From positions 1 through 58,727 of the forward strand of contig CAYUCQ010000001.1 of NCBI GenBank assembly GCA_964443535.1: DNA of 58,727 bases. The letters are read 5' to 3'. The DNA comes from Candidatus Woesearchaeota archaeon. Lineage in GTDB: Archaea; Nanobdellota; Nanobdellia; Pacearchaeales; GW2011-AR1. The notes beneath the pieces were generated by a model. That model was given only the letters and a program-made list of their open reading frames with translations. It was not told the origin of the DNA and ran no database searches. The translations under genes were made by a program, and so were the position numbers. Shown piece after piece: positions 8,533-18,252 of this stretch (within the stretch, counting starts at the first letter, position 1; each line of letters starts with the position of its first letter).

Positions 8533-10410
8533 ATGCAAAAGCATAAGCTAATAGAAGTAATAAAAAAACATAAAAATTTTGAAACAGCAAAGCAGCAGCT
8601 CATAGCGCATCATAAACGCATTGCTAATGTAAATCATTCTGTAACTATTCATCAGAAACAGGAAGAAAAACATCATACTCCTGTTCATCATGAAACTCCT
8701 AAGCATCATGAGCCTCATAAACCTCTAGAACATCACGAGCATCACGAAGCTAAACATGAGCATAAAGGCGCACATCACGAAGCCCACAAGCATATACATG
8801 AGCATCAAAAACTCTATCACATATCTCATAAACATCACGACAAGCATGAGCATAGCAAGCAGCATGAACACATTAAGCATTACGAGCATCAAAAGCATGA
8901 AGAAAAGAAGCAAGAACTTAAAAAAAATGTAGTAGAAAAATACGAGATAAATGTTGATGGCGCAAAAGTTGATGTTGAAATAGCTAAAGAAGATTTAGGA
9001 ATGAAATATAATCTTTTCATACCAAAAGTTGATGTAGCAACATCTTTGCTTCTTGAAAACATAAGAAACGAGCTCATCTCTATAACAGCAGTAAGCATGA
9101 AAGAACTTGTTGACCCTTCTCTTTTCTCAACAATAAAAAGCAGGTTCATAAAAGACGCTGGAAATTTAATAAGAGAAAAACTTCCAAAAATAGAAAAAGA
9201 ACTTGAAGAATTCTTAGTTGGCAAGATAATACAGGAAATGCTTGGTCTAGGTGAAATAGAATTTCTCATAAACGACCCTTCTCTTGAAGAAATAGTTATT
9301 CCTTCTTCAAAAGAAAGCATAAGAGTTTACAGCAAAAAATACGGATGGCTTGAGACAAACATTAACATCCGTGATGAAGAAAAAATAATAAATTACTCCA
9401 ACATTATTGCAAGAAGAATTGGAAGGCAGATAACAGTATTAAGCCCTCTTCTAGACGCTCATCTTGTTACAGGAGACAGAGTCAATGCAGTTCTATATCC
9501 AATAGATACAAAGGGAAATACAATAACAATAAGAAAATTTGCGCGTGATCCATTTACAATAATTGATTTGATAAATAACAAGACCTGCAGCCTTGACGTC
9601 ATCACACTTATATGGCTTGGAATAGAATATGAAATGAACATCTTGATATCAGGAGGCACAGGTTCTGGAAAAACATCTTTTCTTAACGCATGCATGCCTT
9701 TTGTCCCTCCAAATCAAAGAATCATTAGCATTGAAGATACAAGAGAATTAATGCTTCCTAATTTTCTATATTGGACCCCTCTAGTAACAAGAACTCCTAA
9801 TCCAGAAGGCAAAGGAGAAGTCTCTATGCTTGATCTTTTGATAAACTCCCTTAGAATGCGTCCTGACAGAATAATTCTTGGAGAAATGAGAAAGCAGCAA
9901 GAAGCAATGGTATTATTTGAGGCAATGCATACCGGACATTCTGTCTATGCAACCGTGCACGCAGATACTGCTGCAGAAACTATCTCAAGACTAATTAATC
10001 CTCCGCTAAGTGTTCCGCCAAACTTGCTAAAAGCAGTGCATCTAAATGTTGTAATGTTCAGGGATAGAAGAAAAGGCATAAGAAGAATATCTCAAATAGC
10101 AGAAATTCAGGCAGAAAAAGACGACGCAAAAGTCAACATATTATACAGATGGTCTCCTGAAGAAGACAAAATAGTAAAGCACAATGACAGCTTAAGATTT
10201 TTTGAAGACATAGGCAGAAATACTGGAATGTCACAGGCAGACATAGCAAAGGATTTGGAAGACAAAAAGCAAATCCTTGAATGGCTTATAAAAAATAATA
10301 TAAGAGAATTAAATAATTTTGGAAAAGTTATGAATATGTATTATAGAAATCGCCCTCTGCTGGCAGAAGCTATTAAGAAAAACGATAAAAAAATTATTCT
10401 TGAGGCATAA
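8533..10410 (+). CDS. type IV pilus/archaellum assembly ATPase (FlaI/ArlI-PilB-VirB11 family) with His-rich N-terminal extension
   Basis: Walker A ISGGTGSGKTSFLNA, the IISIEDTREL box, Walker B-like RPDRIILGEMR and a GHSVYATVHA His box. Residues ~25-125 are a His/Glu/Lys low-complexity tract. Confidence 0.9.
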   Translation: MQKHKLIEVIKKHKNFETAKQQLIAHHKRIANVNHSVTIHQKQEEKHHTPVHHETPKHHEPHKPLEHHEHHEAKHEHKGAHHEAHKHIHEHQKLYHISHKHHDKHEHSKQHEHIKHYEHQKHEEKKQELKKNVVEKYEINVDGAKVDVEIAKEDLGMKYNLFIPKVDVATSLLLENIRNELISITAVSMKELVDPSLFSTIKSRFIKDAGNLIREKLPKIEKELEEFLVGKIIQEMLGLGEIEFLINDPSLEEIVIPSSKESIRVYSKKYGWLETNINIRDEEKIINYSNIIARRIGRQITVLSPLLDAHLVTGDRVNAVLYPIDTKGNTITIRKFARDPFTIIDLINNKTCSLDVITLIWLGIEYEMNILISGGTGSGKTSFLNACMPFVPPNQRIISIEDTRELMLPNFLYWTPLVTRTPNPEGKGEVSMLDLLINSLRMRPDRIILGEMRKQQEAMVLFEAMHTGHSVYATVHADTAAETISRLINPPLSVPPNLLKAVHLNVVMFRDRRKGIRRISQIAEIQAEKDDAKVNILYRWSPEEDKIVKHNDSLRFFEDIGRNTGMSQADIAKDLEDKKQILEWLIKNNIRELNNFGKVMNMYYRNRPLLAEAIKKNDKKIILEA

Positions 10411-11293
10411 AATGAGATTTCACATCCCATTTACGCTGTCAGACATTGAAAAGCTAAAAAGAAAGCGCCGGTGGTTTAATTTTAGGATAAAACAGGACAA
10501 GCTAAAAAAACTTCAGCAATACTTGAATAATGTAGATGCAAATATTGATGCAAATGATTATATTTTAATCTGCACTGAAACACTTATCCCTGCATTCCTT
10601 ATTTCATTCGTTTTCGCGTCAACTGTTTTATATATAGCGGGCGCAAGACTGCCATTTCTATATTCATTTGGCCTTGCAATTCTTTTCTCTGCATTCATAT
10701 TTTTCAGCCAGCTTATTTATCCAAAAGTTTATGATTCAAGAAGGATCAAAAACATAGAAAGAAATCTTATTCCAGCTCTCCAAGACATGTTTGTCCAGCT
10801 GAATTCAGGAATACCTTTATTCAATATACTGATAAATATCTCATCTTCAGATTATGGTTTCTTGAGCGAAGAATTCAAAAAAGGAGTAAGAAAAATAAGC
10901 TCTGGAGTTTCAGAAGTAGAGGTTCTTGAAGAGCTAGGAGAAAAAAATTCATCAAGTTTCTTCAAAAGAACATTATGGCAGCTAAGCAATGGAATGAAGG
11001 CAGGAAGCGACATTTCCACAATTATAGGAGAAGGAATTAAAATGCTTAATGAAGAACAGCTTCTCCAGATACAAAACTATGGAAACAAGCTAAACCCCTT
11101 GATAATGTTCTACATGGTAATCTCAATAATAATTCCAGCACTATCAATAGCTCTTCTGACAATAATTTCCTCAATGATAAATCTGCCTTCAGCAGTAACA
11201 ATGTTTCTCTTTATAGCATTATTCGTCTTCGCAATACTGATACAAGTCGTCTTCCTTGGAATAATACGTTCAGCGCGTCCAAGCCTGCTATAA
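10400..11293 (+). CDS. T2SS-F/TadB-TadC/FlaJ-type platform membrane protein, first half
   Basis: One T2SSF-like cytoplasmic domain (LIPALQDMFVQLNSGIPLFN...LWQLSNGMKAGSDIS) flanked by TM helices. Overlaps the ATPase gene end. Confidence 0.7.
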   Translation: MRHKMRFHIPFTLSDIEKLKRKRRWFNFRIKQDKLKKLQQYLNNVDANIDANDYILICTETLIPAFLISFVFASTVLYIAGARLPFLYSFGLAILFSAFIFFSQLIYPKVYDSRRIKNIERNLIPALQDMFVQLNSGIPLFNILINISSSDYGFLSEEFKKGVRKISSGVSEVEVLEELGEKNSSSFFKRTLWQLSNGMKAGSDISTIIGEGIKMLNEEQLLQIQNYGNKLNPLIMFYMVISIIIPALSIALLTIISSMINLPSAVTMFLFIALFVFAILIQVVFLGIIRSARPSLL

Positions 11294-11294
11294 A

Positions 11295-12314
11295 ATGAAA
11301 CAAACAAAACCAATAAAGAAAGAAGAACTAAAACCAATAGCCAAGAAAGAGCAATTGCCAATAATTAAGAAAGATGCAGCAAAACAAGCTAAAAAAGATA
11401 TACTCTCAAAAAAAGAATTAATGCAAAATGAGAAAATAAGAAAAGTAATTAGATGGGTCATAATAAGCGCTGTCTCTGCTCTTGCAATAAGCATACTAAC
11501 AATTCCTCTCACAAGAAGCTTAAAGGGTTTTGCATTAATGTTTATTGCCCCTCTCGTGCTGATTAACGTTTATTTCGTAGCGCGCGAGCTGATGAAGAAA
11601 TCAGCAGGCATTAAGAAAATGGAAGAGGTATTTCCTGACTTCATAGAATTAATGGCTTCAAATTTAAGAGCAGGAATGACAATAGATAAAGCCCTGCTTT
11701 TAAGCTCAAGAAAAGAGTTTTCTCCTCTTGACAAGGAAATCCTGAATCTTGGAAAAGACATCATGACTGGCAAAGAGCTGACGCAAGCCCTTATAGAAAT
11801 GGCAAAGAAAACAAAATCAGACAAAATAATGAAAACAATAAATGTCATAAATTCAGGAATAAGATCAGGAGGCAATCTTGCGATATTGCTTGAGCAGACA
11901 GCTATAAATGCAAGAGAGCGCAGTTTTGTAGAAAAAAGAGCTGCTTCAAATGTCCTTATGTATGTAATCTTTATTTTCTTCGCAGTTGCAGTAGGCGCAC
12001 CTTTATTGTTCTCCCTATCAACTGTTCTTGTCCAAGTGCTCACAACTATTTTGGGAGACCTTCCCGCAATAGAAACACAGGCAAACCTTCCTATTGCCTT
12101 GACATCTGTAAATATTTCAACAACATTCATATTCTATTTCGCAATACTATTCATGGTAGTCATAGATATTCTTGCCTCTCTTCTTCTAGGATTAGTAAGC
12201 AAGGGAGAAGAAAGAGAAGGATTGAAATACATAGCTCCTTTAATAGCAGTAAGCATGACTGTTTTCCTAATAATAAGAACTTTCCTCAACTCGTATTTTG
12301 AGGGCATTGTATAA
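11295..12314 (+). CDS. T2SS-F/TadC/FlaJ-type platform membrane protein, second half
   Basis: T2SSF-like domain (FPDFIELMASNLRAGMTIDKAL...VINSGIRSGGNLAILLEQTA) plus C-terminal TM helices. Starts 2 nt after the previous stop. Confidence 0.75.
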   Translation: MKQTKPIKKEELKPIAKKEQLPIIKKDAAKQAKKDILSKKELMQNEKIRKVIRWVIISAVSALAISILTIPLTRSLKGFALMFIAPLVLINVYFVARELMKKSAGIKKMEEVFPDFIELMASNLRAGMTIDKALLLSSRKEFSPLDKEILNLGKDIMTGKELTQALIEMAKKTKSDKIMKTINVINSGIRSGGNLAILLEQTAINARERSFVEKRAASNVLMYVIFIFFAVAVGAPLLFSLSTVLVQVLTTILGDLPAIETQANLPIALTSVNISTTFIFYFAILFMVVIDILASLLLGLVSKGEEREGLKYIAPLIAVSMTVFLIIRTFLNSYFEGIV

Positions 12315-12349
12315 GATAAATTTTTATAGAGGCAAATATTCTAAGAACC

Positions 12350-13117
12350 ATGAAAAAAGGGAAAAAAAGAGTGGTTAAGAAGAAAAGTGTAAAAAGGTCA
12401 GCAGGAAATACTCCAAGAATTCGCACAGGCATACCTAAGTTTGACAGCCTCATTGAAGGCGGATTTGAAAAGAATTCTACAAACTTAATAGTCGGCGGCT
12501 CTGGAAGCGGAAAATCAATATTTGCCACGCAATTTTTAGTAGAAGGAATGAAAAAAGGAGAAAAATGCCTTTACATAACATTTGAAGAAAAGAAAAAGCA
12601 ATTCTACTCAAACATGCTTGATTTTGGGTGGAAATTGGAAGAATACGAAAAAAAGAACTTATTCAAATTCTTGGAATACACTCCAATAAAAGTCAAGACA
12701 ATGCTTGAAGAAGGAGGAGGAACTATAGAAACAATTGTCTTAACAGAAAAAATATCAAGAATTGTTATAGACAGCGTAACTTCTTTCGCTCTTCTTTTTG
12801 AAGATGAATTAGCAAGAAGAGAAGCAGCATTGTCATTATTCAACATGATTAAAAAATGGAGCTGCACTTCTCTCTTGACGTCTGAAGAAGAGCCTTCAGA
12901 AGACAAAAAAGCTTCTTCAAAATCTCTGGAATTTGAATCAGATTCAATAATTTTCCTATACTTAGTAAAAGAAAAAAATCAAAGAGAAAGATACATGGAA
13001 ATATTGAAAATGCGCGGCACAAAGCATTCAGAAAAGATTTACGGATTTTCCATAGGAAAGTCAGGCATTGAAATAGAAAGAGAGGCGTCCAGGCACCCTC
13101 TCCAAAAAAATAGATGA
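12350..13117 (+). CDS. KaiC/RecA-superfamily ATPase (FlaH/ArlH-like)
   Basis: GIPKFDSLIEGGF...LIVGGSGSGKSIFATQFLVEG (Walker A), RIVIDSVTS (Walker B), and the KaiC-like tail ILKMRGTKHS. Confidence 0.8.
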   Translation: MKKGKKRVVKKKSVKRSAGNTPRIRTGIPKFDSLIEGGFEKNSTNLIVGGSGSGKSIFATQFLVEGMKKGEKCLYITFEEKKKQFYSNMLDFGWKLEEYEKKNLFKFLEYTPIKVKTMLEEGGGTIETIVLTEKISRIVIDSVTSFALLFEDELARREAALSLFNMIKKWSCTSLLTSEEEPSEDKKASSKSLEFESDSIIFLYLVKEKNQRERYMEILKMRGTKHSEKIYGFSIGKSGIEIEREASRHPLQKNR

Positions 13118-13118
13118 G

Positions 13119-13607
13119 ATGATTTTTATGGAAAAGAAAGCTCAGGCATGGGGTTTTGATTTGCTGATAGCATTTATGATTTTTATAGGAGGAATAATTG
13201 TATTCTACTTGTATTCGCTTAACTTCCCAAATGAAACAGAAAACACTATAAACACTTTGACATACGAAGGAAGTGTTGTAGCAAATGCTGTTCTCTCATC
13301 AGGATTTCCTTCTGATTGGAATGAAAACAATGTTGTAACTCCCGGAATATTGACAAATGGAAAGATAGATCAGACAAAAATAGAAAGGCTGTATAATCTT
13401 ACAATAAGTAATTATGAAAAAACAAAATCATTGTTTAACACACAGTATGAATATTACTTATTGTTTTCAGAAAACATTACAATAGGGGGCGTTGAGATAC
13501 CTGCAATTGGAAATAACCCGCAAAATCCAAAAAACCTAATAAAAATAACAAGAATAATAATTTATAAGGAAAAGCCTATAACATTAGATATACAAATATG
13601 GGAATAA
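13119..13607 (+). CDS. pilin-like / FlaF-FlaG-like protein with class III signal peptide-like N-terminus
   Basis: MEKKAQAWGFDLLIAFMIFIGGIIVFY (alternative ATG at 13128): basic residues-A-Q then a hydrophobic helix. Confidence 0.55.
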   Translation: MIFMEKKAQAWGFDLLIAFMIFIGGIIVFYLYSLNFPNETENTINTLTYEGSVVANAVLSSGFPSDWNENNVVTPGILTNGKIDQTKIERLYNLTISNYEKTKSLFNTQYEYYLLFSENITIGGVEIPAIGNNPQNPKNLIKITRIIIYKEKPITLDIQIWE

Positions 13608-16606
13608 AAAAAGAGAGAGGAGTATTCTTCAGCATAGATGCGCTAATAGCTATTGCAATTATACTTTCAGTAATATTGATAGCTTATCCTGCAATCAAGT
13701 CATCAAAGCAAGAGACATTTGTTCATTACGATCTTTTAAAAACACTCTCTGTCCTGAAAACTTCAGAAATAGACAATCCTTACATCCAGTCGCTTATTTC
13801 CCAAGGTTACATAAATGAAACAAACAAATCTCTTCTCGAGCAAATAGGAGAATTTTACGTAACTAATCCTGCTCTAGCAAGCTCAATGGCAGATTCAATT
13901 CTATCAACTCTTGAAATAAACAAAAACATAGGAATTTGGTATGGTAACAAGCTAATCTCTTCAAAAAATTCAACTCCTCTTGAATCTGCAGAAAACATAG
14001 AAACAGTAAGGCAGTTGATTACAGGAATAAAGGAGGGGGAAAGCGTCACAGGATTCTCTGCAAGAGCATTTCTCACAAGCGGTTCAAGAACGCAATACTT
14101 CTATTTTGGAGGTTATGTCGGAGATGGAAATATTTCTGCCCAGATAGATTATATTGGAAATATAAGTTCTGCGAAGATAGAACTAGTCGTAAGCAATAAT
14201 TTTAGTCTTTACATTAACAATATATTTTCAGGCAATTATCCAAAATCTGCTTCTGAATTCTCTCCAGACTCTTATTCTATTCCAATTGAAAATTTTGCAT
14301 CAGGCGAAAATATTGTGGAATTAAGAGGAAATAATCTTCACGTAGCAGGAGGCTTCATAAAAATAACATATGACAACTCTGTCCAATACGAGCATCCAAC
14401 ATTTTATTTCTTTCCAGGCATAAATGGACTGATAAATATCTACGACGGCCTTTATGTTCCTGGAAATCTCACCTCGTTAGACATCTCGCTTCATCTTGAC
14501 AGCCCAACAGAAGCATTTCTAACAATAGGCAATACAACAGTATTTAGAAATATCACGCAAGGAGAGCAAACACTAACTATAACAAATAACAAGCTCTCCT
14601 CTTTGCTTAACTATAACGAAATAAGTAAAAAAACAATTCCTCTAAGATTAGGCTTGGAAAACGTATCCTATGTAATTTCAGGAAATAAGACAAATGCAGA
14701 GGTAATTTCAGTAACAGACTTGTCAGGAAGCATGGATGGGGATAAAATAACAAATGCAAAAGAGGCAAATAAGATTCTTATTGATTCAATTCTCAACATA
14801 ACTGGAAACAGAGTTGGATTAGCAGGCTATGATACTCTGGCAAAAAAGTCAGATTACCATCTCTTGTCTAATAACAGCGCCAGCTTAAAGAACATAGTAG
14901 ATAATGTATGGGATGCAGACGGATGGACTTGTATTTGCTGCGGAATTCTAAAAGCTATAAGCTGCTATGATAAAAATATATTTGCAGATAATTTTAATGA
15001 TCAAACAGTCGGCACAAATCCCATAGGCTGGGCAGTAGCAGAAAGCGGCACTGGATTCATTAATATAACAAGCAAAAGCTTGGAAGGAAACAGAGCAGTC
15101 ATTGTCAGCAGAACAGGCAGCTCCAGTCCAGATATGAATCATCAATTTGCTTCTCAAGAAAATGACTTATCACTAGAATTCCTGATTAATCACACATCTG
15201 GCTCTGGCAGAGTAAAAATAGACATAGAAGACAGAGAAGGATTAGGATCATTTAATGATTATATTGTCATAAAAATGTATAGTGGGCAAATACGCAATAA
15301 CGACGCTCCTGTAATCTCATATAATATAAATACCACATATAAAATAAAAGTCCAAGTTATTCCAGGTTCATCTACTTATAATCTATATGTAGATGACGTT
15401 CTAGCAGGCGCTAATCTTCCTGTATTTACAACTCGCACAAACATAGCCAGAATAGCGTTCACAACACAAACTGCGGCAATAACCTATACAATAGATGACA
15501 TTAAAGTTTATCTTAACGAGGATTTATGTACAGATGTTAATTCTCAAAATAAAACAAGATCTGCAATTATAATGAGCGACGGCCAGGCAAATGCAGGCTG
15601 CGGCTTGGACCCAGTTCCTGACCATGACATAGACGGAGACTCAACAAATGATCCTGATGACCATGCAATAGAGGCTTCTTGCAGAGCATATAATAATTAT
15701 AACATAACAACTCATGCAGTAGGATTTGGCTCTGGTGCAGATGAGACAACTCTCCAAAAAATAGCACAATGCGGAAATGGCAATTACTATTTTGGAAACG
15801 TAGATGAAATAGTTGCAATATATCAGCAAATAGCAGATAATATTTTAGAAGCAACATATGCAGAGCAGACAATTGAAACAACTGCAAACATAAATACAAT
15901 CCTCTATCCTGACTCTTATATAAGCTTCTCTTATCAGCCAGAGCCATTCCCCTATGGATTAATAATCACAACAGAAAAGAAATTTGACAACGAATTCTCC
16001 GGAAGTTTTGCGCTTCCCGTAAAATCAAATATAATTGAAACAAAAGCAACATCATACTCAAGCGCAAAATGGACAGATAAAGTATCAATAAATAACAACA
16101 TAGTCTATAATTTAAGCAATTTCGGAGCAGAATACATAAAATTAGGCGATCCTCATGTCATAAACATCCCAAACTCCTTGGTAATGCAGAACAATACAAT
16201 AGCCATTAGCACAGCAACTTCTCCAATAAATTCTTCGTCTGGCTCTGAAAACAACAAGATAATCTACACTATAGTAAAAAACGCTTCAACATATTCAAAG
16301 ATATCTCCAATAAAAGACGGATGCATATGGAACATACAATTTGAGGATAATACAAATATAACAACGCCGATTCCGCAGGCATACTCTGGCTCAACCAACT
16401 GCTATTATCAGGAAAGCAGGCTGGAATATGACGACAACGACGCAGCTCAAAGCGCAATATTTGAATTGCTAAAGCTCCTAGATCTTGAGTTAAACAACAA
16501 GATAGACGTAAAGTTCACAGAGCAAGATTTGCAAATCTCTCTCACAGAAATTACGGGCATTCCCTACACATGGTCAACAGAGGTGCAAATAAGAACATGG
16601 TACTGA
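13598..16606 (+). CDS. 1002-aa pilin-like N-terminus protein with vWA domain interrupted by a beta-sandwich (LamG/lectin-like) insert; candidate pilus adhesin
   Basis: N-terminus KKERGVFFSIDALIAIAIILSVILIA. MIDAS-like DLSGSMDG near nt 14716. The vWA resumes at AIIMSDGQAN...THAVGFGSGADETTLQKIA after a ~190-aa insert. Many N-x-S/T sequons. Confidence 0.7.
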   Translation: MGIKKERGVFFSIDALIAIAIILSVILIAYPAIKSSKQETFVHYDLLKTLSVLKTSEIDNPYIQSLISQGYINETNKSLLEQIGEFYVTNPALASSMADSILSTLEINKNIGIWYGNKLISSKNSTPLESAENIETVRQLITGIKEGESVTGFSARAFLTSGSRTQYFYFGGYVGDGNISAQIDYIGNISSAKIELVVSNNFSLYINNIFSGNYPKSASEFSPDSYSIPIENFASGENIVELRGNNLHVAGGFIKITYDNSVQYEHPTFYFFPGINGLINIYDGLYVPGNLTSLDISLHLDSPTEAFLTIGNTTVFRNITQGEQTLTITNNKLSSLLNYNEISKKTIPLRLGLENVSYVISGNKTNAEVISVTDLSGSMDGDKITNAKEANKILIDSILNITGNRVGLAGYDTLAKKSDYHLLSNNSASLKNIVDNVWDADGWTCICCGILKAISCYDKNIFADNFNDQTVGTNPIGWAVAESGTGFINITSKSLEGNRAVIVSRTGSSSPDMNHQFASQENDLSLEFLINHTSGSGRVKIDIEDREGLGSFNDYIVIKMYSGQIRNNDAPVISYNINTTYKIKVQVIPGSSTYNLYVDDVLAGANLPVFTTRTNIARIAFTTQTAAITYTIDDIKVYLNEDLCTDVNSQNKTRSAIIMSDGQANAGCGLDPVPDHDIDGDSTNDPDDHAIEASCRAYNNYNITTHAVGFGSGADETTLQKIAQCGNGNYYFGNVDEIVAIYQQIADNILEATYAEQTIETTANINTILYPDSYISFSYQPEPFPYGLIITTEKKFDNEFSGSFALPVKSNIIETKATSYSSAKWTDKVSINNNIVYNLSNFGAEYIKLGDPHVINIPNSLVMQNNTIAISTATSPINSSSGSENNKIIYTIVKNASTYSKISPIKDGCIWNIQFEDNTNITTPIPQAYSGSTNCYYQESRLEYDDNDAAQSAIFELLKLLDLELNNKIDVKFTEQDLQISLTEITGIPYTWSTEVQIRTWY

Positions 16607-17535
16607 TGAACAAAAAAGGAATATTTTTTACAACACTTGCAATCGTAGTAATATTGCTATTCTTGCTAACATTGACGCTATACTCCAGCGTGAAAGAAAG
16701 AAAAACAACTCAAAAAAGAATTGAAACTCTCAATAATTTAGTCTTTTCAATTGAAGAAAATATTCCAAGGCAGTTAAGAACAAGCGGCTTCAGAATATTA
16801 TTTCTCTTTGAAAAAAGAATAGCAGAAACAGGGGCATACGCCTCAAATATAGAAGCAGGATTTCAGGAAGCTTTTTTCAATGGGACAATATACGGAGGCA
16901 CTAGCACTGAAATTGAGACAGTCATGGCTGGAGCCACATTTCCAGACATACTTTCATCATTGAAAGAAAAAACAGCAAAAGTTAATGCAGATATAGACAT
17001 AATCAATCCTTCAATATATATAAATCAAACAGACCCTTGGTATGTTGAAATAATTCTATCAGCAAATGTAATAATAAAAGATAATGGTAATTTAGTAATC
17101 TGGGATAAAAATTCAAACATAACTGCCTACGCCCAGATAGAAAATCTTGAAGACCCTCTATATTTGATAAATACAAACGGTCTGGTATCAAATAAAATAA
17201 TAAAAACCCCATTTGCAAACTTCGTGCAAGGAAGCAACATTGCTAATTTGTCTATGCAATCTACAAACTCTTACTATCTTGCTTCCACATCAGCTCCAAG
17301 CTTCCTTGACAGAATGCAAGGAATGAATGCTCCTAATCTATATGGAATTGAATCTCTTGTAAATCTTGCAGAACTGTCATCTCAAAGCATACAAATAAAA
17401 GATAAGTCAGTAGTTGACTATATTTATTTCTCAAACTCAAATCCGACAGCCTGCAATGTTATTCCAGCAGGAATGCCAAGCTGGTTTAAATTAGATAGTG
17501 ATCATTTAGCAGCCTATCAGGTTTCATGCGCCTAA
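16606..17535 (+). CDS. pilin-like protein (class III signal peptide-like N-terminus)
   Basis: The ATG at 16606 overlaps the previous stop (TGATG). N-terminus is MNKKGIFFTTLAIVVILLFLLTL. Confidence 0.6.
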   Translation: MNKKGIFFTTLAIVVILLFLLTLTLYSSVKERKTTQKRIETLNNLVFSIEENIPRQLRTSGFRILFLFEKRIAETGAYASNIEAGFQEAFFNGTIYGGTSTEIETVMAGATFPDILSSLKEKTAKVNADIDIINPSIYINQTDPWYVEIILSANVIIKDNGNLVIWDKNSNITAYAQIENLEDPLYLINTNGLVSNKIIKTPFANFVQGSNIANLSMQSTNSYYLASTSAPSFLDRMQGMNAPNLYGIESLVNLAELSSQSIQIKDKSVVDYIYFSNSNPTACNVIPAGMPSWFKLDSDHLAAYQVSCA

Positions 17536-17538
17536 ATT

Positions 17539-18168
17539 TTAGCAAATCTCTTCTTTAGGCACTTTGCTTGTAATAGAAGAACAAGAAAGCTCTTTGTTTG
17601 CTCTTCCAGTTTCGCCAGAACTTTCTACTTCTAAAACCCCCTCAAAAGTTTTATATGCATTGGGCGCAACATCAAAACTTTGTAGCATGAAATCAAAAGC
17701 AATTCCTTCTTCTAAAAAATCAAACCTCATCTCAAACATACCATTAAGATTATCATCTAAATTATAAACATCTATAGTGCAATTAATCATTTTTTTAATG
17801 CATATTTCTCCGTCAAAATCATTGCAATCTGAATTCTGCTTAAAGTCTTTTAAAGAATAAGCTATCTGCTGTTCAAAACAATTTTCTCCAACAACCTCTC
17901 CGCTTATGCCTCCAGCGCCGCCCCCAGAGCTACCGCCTCCGCCAGCACCCCCGCCGCCTCCGCCAGAACCTCCGCCAAAGCTTCTCTCTTCTCTATCATT
18001 TACAATGACATTATCGTCACTCGTGTCAACGCTATCCAAGATTTCTCCAGACCCATCTACGCTTTTATTTGTATTATTAAAGAAAAAAATACCATAAGCT
18101 CCAGCAATAAGAACAGCAGTAAAAGCGCAAATTATAAAAATTTTGATATAATTTTTCATCTTCTTCAA
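17539..18168 (-). CDS. membrane-anchored protein with poly-Gly linker and Cys-containing C-terminal domain
   Basis: N-terminal TM (IKIFIICAFTAVLIAGAYGIFFF), a GGGSGGGGGGAGGGGSSGGGAGG tract encoded by a GC-rich island at 17905-17985, then a domain with 7 Cys. Confidence 0.55.
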   Translation of the reverse strand: MKKMKNYIKIFIICAFTAVLIAGAYGIFFFNNTNKSVDGSGEILDSVDTSDDNVIVNDREERSFGGGSGGGGGGAGGGGSSGGGAGGISGEVVGENCFEQQIAYSLKDFKQNSDCNDFDGEICIKKMINCTIDVYNLDDNLNGMFEMRFDFLEEGIAFDFMLQSFDVAPNAYKTFEGVLEVESSGETGRANKELSCSSITSKVPKEEIC

Positions 18169-18197
18169 GCTAATTTAATAAAACGACGATAATAAGA

Positions 18198-18245
18198 TTT
18201 ATATATCCTTCTAATCTTAATATAATATTAACAATAAAAAGGAGG
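18198..18245 (+). promoter_or_regulatory. putative TATA-like box (TTTATATAT, 18198-18206) and strong Shine-Dalgarno (GGAGG, 18241-18245) upstream of the pilin gene
   Basis: AT-rich TATA-like element about 50 nt upstream of the ATG, and GGAGG 7 nt upstream of ATG 18253. Confidence 0.4.
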
Positions 18246-18252
18246 TTTAAAA

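Noticed and set aside
8725-9320. Minus-strand ORFs (62 and 143 aa) inside the pilus ATPase gene
   Set aside because: They are antisense shadows of the His-rich and N-terminal regions of a well-supported ATPase gene. Their translations are low-complexity.
17905-17985. GC-rich island considered as a second (remote) VR of the DGR
   Set aside because: Aligned by eye against TR, it mismatches at non-adenine positions within the first 10 nt. It is simply a poly-Gly coding tract.
17906-18097. Pro-rich 63-aa plus-strand ORF (MPPAPPPELPPPPAPPPPPPEPPP...)
   Set aside because: It is the antisense shadow of the poly-Gly tract in the minus-strand gene 17539..18168.
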